Positions 12,615 through 25,176 of a stretch of 64,000 bases of DNA are shown here, piece after piece. The notes beneath the pieces were generated by a model. It was not told where the DNA came from, made no database searches, and saw only the letters and a list, made by a program, of their open reading frames with translations. Each line of letters starts with the position of its first letter. The stretch's first letter is position 1. The DNA is from Paraphysomonas bandaiensis (taxonomy: Eukaryota; Protista; Chrysophyceae). The position numbers were made by a program, and so were the translations under genes. Where the stretch lies: contig CBFFRP010000169.1 in assembly GCA_965644295.1 (NCBI GenBank), positions 186,001 to 250,000 on the forward strand. The letters run 5' to 3'.

Positions 12615-13241
12615 ATGGAACTGGCCAGCAGAACTACGTTCTCTAAGGATGTGGAGGAGATTTTTGACAGATACGAGCGAAGAATGGAACAGCACATTCA
12701 GGAGATGAGTCAGAAAACTCTAGACATGATCAGTCAACTTGGGCAGCAGTTTGTTGGACAGATTCTGGAGGTGCTTCAAAAATCTGAACAGATGCTGGAG
12801 AACCCCTCAGATGCGCCTGTTTCCTGTCCTGAGATTACTACCACGGAAGCGGCTGACCACAAACAAGAAGACTGTGCTTCATCTCAGCAGGAGCTTGGTA
12901 TGGAACCTAAGGCATCTATGGTTCAGGAGGATGGCAATGCAGTCTCGCGAGTGTCAATTCCAGGGACAGAGACCATCAATGCTGATGCAAACCGGCTTTC
13001 TATCCATGTCCGAGTTCAAGGGGTACAGCAGCTCCGGTCCTCTCAACGTGAGATGATTTGTTCCAGTCCCGGGAAGTCCAGCTTGGTCCTAACTAACAAG
13101 TCTTTCCTCCCCAACCCTGTACAGGGAATAATGGGTGATTTCCAGAATATTCCAGGATTTATCCGGCCTTATACTTGGGTGATGGCAATTTTTGAGGAAC
13201 ATGGTCCTGGGCCGCCACCTTGGGTCAGATTAGAGTGTTGA
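12615..13241 (+). CDS. Internal ORF of the LTR element; N-terminal coiled coil, possible gag-derived remnant
   Basis: 208-aa ATG ORF, the longest between the LTRs; E/Q/M-rich helical N-terminus; no capsid or pol motif recognised. Confidence 0.45.
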   Translation: MELASRTTFSKDVEEIFDRYERRMEQHIQEMSQKTLDMISQLGQQFVGQILEVLQKSEQMLENPSDAPVSCPEITTTEAADHKQEDCASSQQELGMEPKASMVQEDGNAVSRVSIPGTETINADANRLSIHVRVQGVQQLRSSQREMICSSPGKSSLVLTNKSFLPNPVQGIMGDFQNIPGFIRPYTWVMAIFEEHGPGPPPWVRLEC

Positions 13242-13630
13242 TTCACAATTTGGGCTGTTACAAAGCCTCTAGATGCAGTTCGGCGGATTGGCTCTGTATT
13301 TTTGGTGTGCATGGAGCAATGACTCTCATACTCCGGAATCCCCTACATTGCAGCGCGTGCATCACCTATAAGTTTGAGCAGCTAGAGATTTTCAACAGTT
13401 ATTATGAAGAGGAGATCGGGAGCATGTGGTATCAAGGAGCATTTTCTACTAGAAGATTCATCAAGACGAGATTTTACTTGACTTGTCATTTGGGATTATT
13501 GTGTGGGAGTTCTATGGACTGTTCATATTGATAACAACTGTGAGAAAGAGAGAGAAGAGAGGGCAGTGTACAGCGGCGCTGCAACAACTGATCAACGGTA
13601 TCCAACTGTAAAAGAGGAAAGCAAGGGTAG

Positions 13631-15133
13631 TGTAACGCTGTGGCGTTCAACTATTATTCCATCGTACTCTCTATTCTCTAGCGGGCATATAATGGACTAC
13701 GGATGTCGAGAATGAGTGTGACTCACACCAGCGGTGATATGTTGTATTTTATGCATACTATGTTACATCTATGCTTGCATGTACACTATACTATGCCTTG
13801 CACTGCATGTCATCATTGTATTGATATCGCATTGTATGCACTCACACTTATTACTATATCACCAACATCACTCACACTATACACATATGACATACATTAT
13901 ACACCTCACACCATACCACACATATATGACATACATTATACATCATATATATCATTGCATACATACTACACTTCACACTTATAACACTGTATGCTGTGTT
14001 GGTACTGATTCTTCTCTAGCTGCAGATAGGAGGAATTAGATATCAATATAGTGCATTCACATTCATCTATACCTTCTTCTATCTCTATATGTATGTGTAT
14101 TACCATCTATATCCATTATCACACTCTTATCACTTGCATACTGTATGGCATATAGTGCTCGTGCTTGTATAAGATCCAAGTCTTGTCATAAGCACGATCT
14201 GCATGTATACATGACATGAATATGACGTATGTATGGTATATGTACACATTGTATCACCTGAGGGTCCATTCATCTTGTCATGAGGCCATTGGTACTCTCT
14301 GTGTGGTCTTCATATTCCTGTGGAGCGCAGTGGACTCTAACTCCTCGTGTTCATGATGTTTGGAGCCGTGACTTGCGTCGGACGTCTGTCATTATGGACT
14401 TGACTAGGGTGCCAAGTTTCATCGTCTATCTCTTACTAGTTATGGAGCGTTGGCATGTATCTGCAATGAGCGTTAAGAGCATCATCATCTTCAGTCTCTT
14501 CTCAACTGTTGTTTTTGTCGTATGCTGTATTTGCTGTATTTGCTGTATACTCCTGGATGCTACTCTGGTATGCGGGATGTATATGACCTTGTACTCCTCT
14601 GTATATGCGATTGTATGATGCTGTATATGATTCTGAGTATACAGTATTGTGCTGTTGTATATTTGTATATGGTCTATAGTACAGTGACGGTATATTGTCG
14701 AGTACAAGCATATGATTGGACGATATTCTCATTTTGGTGTGCTGGAGACTCTTTTGGTTGGAGTTGGTCTTCATAGCATTCTACGGGAGTGTTCCAGAAA
14801 ACTGATATGTCCACATAATCAACCAAATCTTGTATAATCTTTTGTAGAATATTGTTCTAGATGTTATTGTGTGTTTCTAGATAGCTTGTAGAACATGAGT
14901 GGTTCTTTATGAGTTGTTTTGTGTTCTGCTTGCTGTTCAGATTTATGTTATAGTGCCTTACACCTTAACACGTAGTTAGAGGTGTCTAATTATAAGAGCT
15001 TGGGGGTGCCTGAGCTGTTGTAAGGCTTAATAACAAACATATTCCTCTTCTTCTTTTCCTTTCTTCTTTCTTACATTTCCTTATTATTCATATATAGTGG
15101 CTGCACCCGGTGTTATACCTCGGGTTAGCTATA
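13631..15133 (+). repeat. 3' LTR
   Basis: Direct repeat of 11013-12515, preceded by a polypurine tract. Confidence 0.92.
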
Positions 15134-17668
15134 ATATAGGCAAACTTATACTTTATATTACTTGTAAACACATACTGTCAATCGTTGTATTTAAGATCTA
15201 CGTATTATATATATAGCTACTACTTTACTATGACTAGTACTTATTATTCAAGTTCGCATCGACTATAACGATATCATATTATTATTATAAATATCAACAT
15301 GTCAACACACAGATACACACACATTCAGAACGCTCGTATATATAATATGCATACACACACAAACGCACAGATGACATATTCTCATATATATAAAGTCATG
15401 AACACTGATGCTTATATGTAGCATTATTGTAGGTAGAGTACACCCATATAAACCTAGTAAACATAAGGAAAACGTACATACATGTGCATATAAGTACATA
15501 CAAAAGTATACATAATATATATATATATGTAGAGACATAAAACATACACATTCGTGGAGAGGTAGTTCGGGACAAAGTCTTGAGAATAGCCAACAAAGAC
15601 TAGACATGTTTAGACATTCAACAATCATCAGCTGCACTCGCCGTAAAGCCCATTTAATCGACAAATATGGCAGTAATTGCATTGTAGATGTAACAAGACC
15701 CTAATAAGCTGAATGATTGCAATATATTAGGTATCCTACATATATGACATGAGTGAACACTACTTGCTGTGACCCTACAGCACCGTAACATGATGGGGTT
15801 CCTGCAACCAACAATCTACTAGTAAAGGGTTAGGGTTAGACTTTACGGTAGTTCTTGCCGGGAGTGGACTTGGCTATCGGGATATATAGGTTAATCACCT
15901 GATGCAGAAGTTGCATCCTATCCTTGCGAGCTTCGCCCTGGTGTGAGATGGCATTGTAGAGGAGATGGATGGAATTAAAGTCCATGTCTATGTCCTGTAG
16001 AAGGTCACGCAGGCGACATATTATAGCATTCTTGTGTAGGTCTCAGCCTTAGCCTGGTAGAGGACATCTGGGAATCCGAAGAAGGTGACGTAGCTACATT
16101 GACTATACAAGATGAGTATCAATGCTATAACGGATTACAGGAAATGATAGGGTCTCGGGGGATAATTGGAGAAGTAGGGTTGAAAATTGACAAGCCCACA
16201 CCATCATTCCTGGATAGTCAATGTGCTCAGGATATATCTGAAAACCCAGTGCGACACCAACGATAAAAAAATATTGAGAATAAGTATCATATGATTAGAG
16301 AGTACGTGGATGCCAAACAATTTAATACAGCGAAATAAATTCATGTGAGCAGTCGGCAACAGATGGCTGATATATATGCCAAGACTTTGTGTGGTATTGA
16401 ACAGAGGGAGCGAACTCTTGGAAAACAATTTAAGACCACTGAACACACTTTATCGCAGAGGTACCCAAGGTAAAAGAGAGCTCGACGTGTCTTGTGGTGT
16501 GAATGAATGGTGGGAGCTAGCAATACCAGCGGAGTCATCCGTCCACCAGTGTCCTAAGAGGTTCGGTGGTTGCGTAGTATCCGATAGCAATGCTTTTCAC
16601 AAATCTTAGAATAGTTGACTACATCCAATTGAGTGATGGTGTTGATTTCTGCAATATGATGTGATATATATATTGTGCAATTGAAGTGAATTAATAGTGT
16701 ACAATAGGTGAAGTCAACTCATAGGTGTTACGGGTGATCATAGTTACAAAGGAATTAAATTCAGTTACTGATGTGCTGATGTGTGACTATATAAGATATA
16801 GGAGTGACTGGTGAACATATGATAAACAGGTGTTGGTGAGAACAGATGATTTACCAGCAGATGTTACATATATATGTATGTAGTGAAGTATTCAGATTAA
16901 GATTAATAATTATAATTTCTTACTTGAAAGTACATAGTGTTCAACATAACAAGGTTAAGGCTTACGTGTAGAGCAAAGTTAACTTCAGTGAAATGCCCAA
17001 TTCTAACATGGTGTAGTAGAGAGTAGAGATAAATCGAGTTGGTGAATGACAATGAATGGTGTATGTTGACTAATGACCATTTTCAGATGATTAAGATCGT
17101 TGTAAGAGAAGTTTAAGTTAGTCAAACTAGATAGATTTCTTTATTATAATTGTATACACAATTGTGTGTGTTGTCATGTGACACATGTCAACAACATGAT
17201 AAACTATTTCGTTCATGTCAACCACTGCTCAACTTCCGTATCTTGAATCGTCATGATATAATACTTCAGTTTCACAGTTATAGCTATATAGCACCTTTGA
17301 CTATTGACTACGTATTACTGTTTTTCACATTGTATTTAACGTATTCTACAGTACTATCTTAGAGAACCATACGTATTCCAACAGTGTATGATATCTCTTA
17401 TAATTTTTCTGCTTTAAGAAGTGTTTATCTAAGCTTTCATACTAAGTTCAACTACTAATTATGTCGTTATCTAACAGAAACACCACTTCTAGAAGTAGCT
17501 ATGGAGAAGTAGGTAGAGTTATACGGGATTTTAGATATAGAAGAATTATACAGTAAAAGGATATAGTAAGCACAGTTAAGTGTTGGTGAAGTTAAGCGCT
17601 ATCTATCTACCTTCTCTTGCACACATGGATAAGGATGACATATACACTGAAACCCACAGAGATGATGC

Positions 17669-18671
17669 TCAATCACCCGATGTTTCCACACTGAGTACTC
17701 TGCATGCAATAGCATATCCTTTGAGATCTTCTGCACGGTTGAAAAAAAGCGAATACAACCCGAGAGAAATGTCAAAATCAAAACTTGTGTCTTGTGACAA
17801 TATGATTTTTAGAAATTTCACCAAGTAAACTTTATTGATCGTACTTCCACCAGAAGAAGATGTTACAGTCACACTGTGAGATGTGTGTAACGACCACGTA
17901 CCAGGTGTGTTAATTTCCGGAGCTACCTGGCTGAAGTAAAATTTTTTCAGAAAATCATATTTGCCAGATATGAACAACTGAACGCCAATATCATCGAATG
18001 ATTCTGATGTAAAATAAAACTCTTGAATCAGTCCAGGGTGTGCGAGTTTCCATCCCCACGACTCTGTCACTAAACGTGGAATTTCTCCGTACGTAAGCTT
18101 GCCATGGCGCCACATGTTAGTCAATGACGTCATTTTGGTCGGCGTTATGTTAAGTTTACTTGCTGAAAACGAATAAATCATTTTTCAATAATTTATTGAA
18201 CGCATTACCTGGGATTGCTGAGCTTGCTCCATTCCGCTCAGATACTGGATTGCCAATAGACATGTCTGCAAACAAGTTTTCAATTGATGGATCGCCCTCA
18301 CCATGATCAAAACATCCACGACTGTCAGTAATATCTGCACAAGTAGCATTAGTTCTTTCTTTTTCTCTAGTTGACTGTGTGCCACCCCCCCCGCCGCTAT
18401 TATCAGCAGTATCAGTATCATTTGCTAAAACAGTTCCATTCTCGTCACAATCTGCGCATTTCGTTGATACTTGTAAAGTTCCGCCATCAGTTCCAATCCT
18501 ACGACACTGTAAACAAGGGTGTCGTTCACACTCTCTGGAATTGTCAATCCTACTATCGCTAGTATTTGAATCACATTGAGAATCACTCCTACTCCAAGTA
18601 ATGGAATATCTGTGCGCAGAATGGTCGACAGATCGTTTGGAATTTATTTCAGACCCTTCATCACCATGCAT
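17669..18671 (-). pseudogene. Unknown protein split into two overlapping ORFs (171 + 170 aa)
   Basis: The ORFs overlap by 26 nt. Removing one A from TTGAAAAATG joins them in frame. No family was recognised. Confidence 0.35.
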
Positions 18672-19153
18672 TTATTTAAGTGCGTTGCTGTTCAATGGCC
18701 GAGTTCAGGAACACATTCGATGCCGAAGGATGGTCACTATTTAAAGGCGACTACAACTATGACACCGACATCATCATACTTCGGATAGTTTCGGTTCAGC
18801 TCCCTTGCAGGATCTCATAGTTAACGAGTGTGTAATTCTACAACCTAAACTAAAAAATCCCCTGGTTTTTCACTCAAAAATGTTACAAAACTACAAGAGA
18901 GAATAAGTTTTTCTTGTGTAAATCGGGGGGTTTTCATACTTTTGATCATTAGAAAAATTCCGCTTTTGACCTAGAACAACTGAAAACGAAATGCCTGTTA
19001 AAGATACTGTTGGATATTTGTTCTTTATTAAAGATCACGAACACATACAATTGAAGTGAAGTCTGAAGTGTGTTCTGTTTGTTCCATATGGAAATGAACG
19101 CATGAATATCGATATGGTTGAAGCTGTATGAGGTAGCAGCACTGATCGCTTCA

Positions 19154-19502
19154 ATGTCTCAGATCACACCTCCATCCATAGCCGATCCTGTCGATGTCGA
19201 TGTCGACGGAGAGGAGACCGTTACCCTCACAGCTGCTGAGGTGCGTGCCTTACTTGAAAGAGTAGCGAACGCCAGAGCTCTAGCTGAAGAAAGCGCCAGA
19301 GCTGAAGAAAGCGCCAGAGCTGTAGCTGAAGAAAACGCCAGAGCTGAGTTTTATAAGAGGTATGCATTCCACTTCTGTCAATCTGTAGATTGTATTCACG
19401 TGTTCAACTGATAGTCTTCTAATAAGCGAGCAAGTTTGGAAGCTTTCGTCGTCATTGTGGGCGTGGCTTTGTACATCGTCTTCAAAGACGAAGACGTTGT
19501 AG
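19154..19502 (+). CDS. MSQITPP family copy 3
   Basis: ATG at 19154, intron 19360-19414 (55 nt, GT..AG), stop TAG at 19500-19502. Confidence 0.5.
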
Positions 19503-20417
19503 TTGCACTAGCACTCGTGCTAGTTGCATTTTTTTTTTGTTCATGGATGAGATAACTACGAGGGTGATGATGAGGAAGCACCTTCGCTCAGCCGATTCAT
19601 CATATGCAAAACTCCATCTAAAAAGTGCTGATCATGTTCTTATTTTTCTGGAGCTCTACGTTATTGTAAATTCTTCCCTTTGTATTCGAATCTGTCCATA
19701 GTATTCACGATATATGCGTTAAGGACCTGTGTTGATGTTGTGATCATTAGTGTAATTGATAAACACAGTAGTTATTATAGAAAAGTGAATAATAATGCAG
19801 GACATAACATGACTACCGTTATGATGACGATCAAGTATCTTCAACACATACACTCATTAATTCAGTTTATGATGTATTTGTTCATTAACTTTATATTTCA
19901 CATATACTATCATATATTCATATATTACGATGAATCCTACTTTCCCCCACAATGAAATAATCACCATAGACATTCCATGGCATTCAACTTCAATATTCGG
20001 CTCAACAGAAGCTCACTTCCTCTATCCTAATTATGATAATGACAGTCATATGTACGACGTACATTACGTGATTTCATTCATACCAGTATACATAATACAT
20101 ACCATTCATTTGAAACAATATGAATTCTCATTTGTTTTCTTAAAGTTAATCAGGGAACATCTATTTCTTTTTACAGCAAGCAAGCTACTAAAAATTATAC
20201 TTCTAACTATTCCGTTGTGTATGATGGTTATGTCCTGCATTATTATTCACTTTTCTACAATAATTACTGTGTTCATCACATTACACTCTAATGATCACAA
20301 CATTACTAAGCTTACTATTACTAAGCTTAAATCTGCATTTAACGCATCATCACCCTCGTAGTTATCTCATCCATATGAACAAACAAAAAAATGCAACTAG
20401 CACGAGTGCTAGTGCAA

Positions 20418-20712
20418 CTACAACGTCTTCGTCTTTGAAGACGATGTACAAAGCCACGCCCACAATGACGATGAAAGCTTCCAAACTTGCTCGCTTATTA
20501 GAAGACTATCAGTTGAACACGTGAATACAATCTACAGATTGACAGAAGTGGAATGCATACCTCTTATAAAACTCAGCTCTGGCGCTTTCTTCAGCTAGAG
20601 CATCTCGTAAGGCACGCACCTCAGCAGCTGTGAGTGTAACGGTCTCCTCTCCATCGACATCGACATCGACATCGACAGGATCGGCTGTGGATGGAGGTGT
20701 GATCTGAGACAT
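20418..20712 (-). CDS. MSQITPP family copy 4 (shortest heptad tract)
   Basis: Same structure; length differences are in frame. Confidence 0.5.
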
Positions 20713-20769
20713 TGAAGCGAGTGCTGCTACCTCATACAGCTTCAACCCTATTCATGCGTTCATTTCCAT

Positions 20770-20920
20770 CGTATCGGCAGTCAGCATCTTATTTTTCGGT
20801 AATTAATTGAAGTAAAATTACTCTATATTACTTACATACAACTACGGCTGGAATACATATAATTGTTGTCTCAATATTAGAGGCATATGTGAACAAAAAT
20901 ATACACAGGATGCCTATACG
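20770..20920. mobile_element. 151-bp MITE with CGTAT(C/A)GGCA terminal inverted repeats
   Basis: Inserted into CCATATGG (intact in the paralogous copies), duplicating AT. The ends CGTATCGGCA / TGCCTATACG are 9/10 complementary. Confidence 0.7.
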
Positions 20921-20936
20921 ATATGGAACAAACAAC

Positions 20937-21110
20937 CAGGGGGTGGTTGTGCATATCGATTTCATAGATTTGTTCGTTTCCTTCATCGAAAAATCATCGT
21001 TTTTTCAGTGAAAAGTGAAAACATGTGACTTTTAAATGAAAAAACGATGATTTTTCGATGAAATAAGCGATGAACAAATCTATGAAATCGATATGCACAA
21101 CCACCCCCTG
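20937..21110. mobile_element. Palindromic CAGGGGGTGG MITE at the centre of the large palindrome
   Basis: Homologous to 4161-4308, but both ends here carry the same flank (ATATGGAACAAACAAC) in inverted orientation. Confidence 0.8.
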
Positions 21111-21189
21111 GTTGTTTGTTCCATATGGAATGAACGCATGAATATCGATATGGTTGAAGCTGTATGAGGTAGCAGCACTGATCGCTTCA

Positions 21190-21505
21190 ATGTCTCAGAT
21201 CACACCTCCATCCATAGCCGATCCTGTCGATGTCGATGTCGATGTCGATGGAGAGGAGACCGTTACCCTCACAGCTGCGGAGGTGCGTGCCTTACGTGAA
21301 AGAGTAGCGAACGCTGAAAGAGCTGTAGCTGAAGAAAACGCCAGAGCTGAGTTTTATCAGAGGTATGCATTCCTCTTCTGTCAATCTGTAGATTGTATTC
21401 ACGTGTTCATCTGATAGTCTTCTAATAAGCGAGCAAGTTTGGAAGCTTTCATCGTCATTGTGGGCGTGGCTTTGTGCATCGTCTTCAAAGACGAAGACGT
21501 TGTAG
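21190..21505 (+). CDS. MSQITPP family copy 5
   Basis: Same two-exon structure. Confidence 0.5.
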
Positions 21506-22579
21506 TTGCACTAGCACTCGTGCTAGTTGCATTTTTTTGTTTGTTCATATGGCTGAGATAACTACGAGGGTGATGATGCGTTAAATGCAGATTTAAGCTT
21601 AGTAATAGTAAGCTTAGTAATGTTGTGATCATTAGAGTGTAATGTGATGAACACAGTAATTATTGTAGAAAAGTGAATAATAATGCAGGACATAACCATC
21701 ATACACAACGGAATAGTTAGAAGTATAATTGACAATGACTATTGTTATAACTTTAGACAAGGGACGATACTCGATACTTTATACTCTTTATCCCTAGGTC
21801 AAATTGTTGCTTATTCTCATTTTGAAAATTTAATATTAGATTCTTGTGTAGCTTTTTTAGTAGCTTGCTTGCTGTAAAAAGAAATAGATGTTCCCTGATT
21901 AACATGATTAAGAAAACAAATGAGAATTCATATTGTTTCAAATGAATGGTATGTATACTGGTATGAATGAAATCGCGTACAATGTACGTCGTACATATGA
22001 CTGTCATTATCATAATTAGGATAGAAGTGAGCTTCTGTTGAACCGAATATTGAAGTTGAATGCCATGGAATGTCTATGGTGATTATTTCATTGTGGGGGC
22101 GAAATAGGATTCATCGTAATATATGAATATATGATAGTATATGTGAAATATAAAGTTAATGAAATACATCATAAACTGAATTAATGAGTGTATGTGTTGA
22201 AGATACTTGATCGTCATCATAACGGTAGTCATTGTCAATTATACTTCTCACTGTTCCGTTGTGTATGATAGTTATGTCCTGCATTATTATTCACTTTTCT
22301 ATAATAACTAGTGTGTTTATCAATTACACTAATGATCACAACATCAACACAGGTCCTTAACGCATATATCGTGAATACTATGGACAGATTCGAATACAAA
22401 GGGAAGAATTTACAATAACGTAGAGCTCCAGAAAAATAAGAACATGATCAGCACTTTTTAGATGGAGTTTTGCATATGATGAATCGGCTGAGCGAAGGTG
22501 CTTCCTCATCATCACCCTCGTAGTTATCTCAGCCATATGAACAAACAAAAAAATGCAACTAGCACGAGTGCTAGTGCAA

Positions 22580-22901
22580 CTACAACGTCTTCGTCTTTGA
22601 AGACGATGTACAAAGCCACGCCCACAATGACGATGAAAGCTTCCAAACTTGCTCGCTTATTAGAAGACTATCAGATGAACACGTGAATACAATCTACAGA
22701 TTGACAGAAGAGGAATGCATACCTCTTATAAAACTCAGCTCTGGCGCTTTCTTCAGCTACAGCTCTTTCAGCGTTCGCTACTCTTTCACGTAATGCACGC
22801 ACCTCAGCAGCTGTGAGGGTAACGGTCTCCTCTCCATCGACATCGACATCGACATCGACATCGACAGGATCGGCTGTGGATGGAGGTGTGATCTGAGACA
22901 T
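22580..22901 (-). CDS. MSQITPP family copy 6
   Basis: Same two-exon structure, with extra DV repeats in frame. Confidence 0.5.
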
Positions 22902-23271
22902 TGAAGCGAGTGCTGCTACCTCATACAGCTTCAACCATATCGATATTCATGCGTTCATTTCCATATGGAACAAACAGAACACACTTCAGACTTCACTTCA
23001 ATTGTATGTGTTCGTGATCTTTAGTAAAGAACAAATATCCAACAGTATCTTTAACAGGCATTTCGTTTTCAGTTTACTAAAAGATTACCATATTGTACAT
23101 ACTCTGTACAGTACATGTATACGGTATACGCACGTATTGCATACTATGATACTGTGTATCATAATCTAGATATATACATACATATGAGCATATATGCATT
23201 GCCAGAGGCACAGATACACAATACCCATTACCTACAGAGCGTACACAGAGCTCCACAGCCTACCACCGCTA

Positions 23272-24316
23272 TGTATGTATGTACGCCGCCTCCTTGATTT
23301 ACCTGGAACACTCTTACCTAATCAGTATTCCAATACTAGACAACCAAGTAAGAAACCCTCATCATTAGGTGGAAAACTTCGTCAGGCAATTGAAGATTTA
23401 CAAAAAAATATTCCTGTTAATTGTGAAAAAAACAATTTGACTGATTTATTAGAAGAATATTTTCATTTCCCGTAAATCGGAATTAATTCTTCATGGTGTG
23501 TTTGCTGTAAATATTGGCGATGAAGGGAAACTTCAGTTATACTCGGAAAAAGAGATTGAGGAATCAACTGCAAGAGAATTGTTTACTGAGCTATCGGGTG
23601 TTGACAATCGGGCTGATTTATTGAATCGAATCACCGTGAGTGTGCTTTTACCTGCTGCAAAGTTTTCACCACCGATTGCTATAAGAAGTAGCTTGTTAGG
23701 TAGTTCTTCAATATTTGGATACGGAACTCTGACTCCTGTACTTGGAGAATTTGGCTTGTTTGGAATCACAGCCAAGCATTGTTAACTGCCTCCAACTGAA
23801 CACCTACCAACAAGCGATGAATATATTGATGTCTTTAGGTATCCGTTGTTGTCGAGCCTTACGACACGCCATATGCAGGAAGCCCCTGAAACGATTGGTG
23901 TGTTCTCAAATGAATGTCTTAGCTCGAATGATGATATTGTAGTTATAATGTTATCAGAGAACAATTCATATATGATTAATGAAGTTCACCCAGACATAAC
24001 CATACGGTTGGGTGACAAGTCAAAAACCAAAGGTATTGCAACACGAAAAGGCAACGTAGTGAAAGTGGGTATATCCACATTGACAACGTTGGGGAAAATA
24101 TGTGATATTACACCTGCGGGAGATTTTGTTGTAAGATCAATTCACTGTTGTTGTTTTGCAGCTCCGGGTGATTCAGGGTCATTGGTTGTATCATATAACA
24201 ATGATGCTGACGATGGCGTTGTGCTAGGTATCATAACAAGGACACAAAATACTGGACGAGCGTGGTGTGTACCAAATTCGGCGTTGTACGATATTGACTT
24301 AATTAAAGATTGTTAA
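23272..24316 (+). pseudogene. Trypsin-like (clan PA) serine protease, disrupted
   Basis: Catalytic triad motifs GITAKHC (His), DDIVVI (Asp) and APGDSGSLVV (Ser). In-frame TAA at 23783-23785 and a 1-nt frameshift in a T-run near 23460; start position approximate. Confidence 0.75.
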
Positions 24317-25176
24317 TTTTGTGTTGGGACAAAGACACATGACCTTGTTACATAAAACCATTTTTATTTTCGTAGGCAGTTAAGAGTTTGTTAATTAGCA
24401 CAAAACAAAACATCATGTGCTGACAAGGTATCGAGTATCGAACAACAGAACAGTCTAGAACTATGTGCCAGAAGCACTAACTAGATCTACATAATAGTAC
24501 TTGTGTTATCAATAATCAATACAACATGCATGATTACGAGAAACCCCACGCATTCTGGAGGGGCTAATCCAGTACCTTTCTAGTTTCTTGGTCTACACAA
24601 CTACACAATAGTACATACTAGGGCTAGGAAACAATAAATTGTATTGCAATATATTGTTTCCTATCCCCGGTACATGGCACATACGTACATACATGTACTA
24701 CATACATGAGCCAAGTATTACCAAAAGAATTCCCGTGTAGTACTTTCTTCGCCACACACGGTTACATTATTGACTTTTTGTACAGGCCAGAGTGAAAATA
24801 CTTTATGTTGTCAGCCAAGATGGAGAACGGGGGTGTGGCAGGTAGGGAGAGCGTGTAATGTATAATTCGCGCAAAACCTTAGCACTATATGTGTCGCTTG
24901 CCTAATGTACCGGCGGTGAGTCTACACTGTGGCTATACTCTCGGAATGGGACAAGTACAGATAAAACATATATAATTAATCGGTGATTCAGCTTCTCATA
25001 TTGAATTTTCATGAGCATCATTATTTCAGGAAATAGAGTTCTTAATTAATATTTTCTTTTATACCATGAATTATCAGATATCCTTTTGGGATAGGCCATA
25101 GACTACTCATCGCAACAGCTGTGTAGAGAATATTACATCATATCTACTAGTGAGCGTTGCTCAATCTGTGAACAAG

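Larger units (their letters stand above)
11013..15133 (+). mobile_element. Non-autonomous LTR retrotransposon (LARD/TRIM-like)
   Basis: Two 1,503-bp direct repeats starting TGTAAC; 4-bp TSD ATAT (11009-11012 and 15134-15137); polypurine tract AAAGAGGAAAGCAAGGGTAG just before the 3' LTR; possible PBS TGGCGAAAAG ~10 nt after the 5' LTR; no RT or integrase ORF. Confidence 0.88.
18978..23074. repeat. ~4.1-kb imperfect palindrome with internally inverted arms
   Basis: 18978-~20935 is the reverse complement of ~21110-23074, with indels. The centre lies in the MITE at 20937-21110, and each arm carries a convergent pair of MSQITPP genes. Confidence 0.9.

Noticed and set aside
15826-15839. Telomere-like AGGGTTAGGGTTAG
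   Set aside because: Only about two units, compatible with chance.
15780-16620. Coding-like minus-strand stretch (possible retroelement ORF relic)
   Set aside because: Many stops and frameshifts and no recognisable motif; too weak to call.
19118-19153. MKLYEVAAL N-terminal extension
   Set aside because: It begins at TTG, a prokaryote-style start chosen by the ORF caller; the first ATG gives MSQ.
24621-24667. Short hairpin GGGCTAGGAAACAATA...TATTGTTTCCTATCCC
   Set aside because: Single occurrence with no clear TSD; it cannot be assigned as a MITE or terminator.
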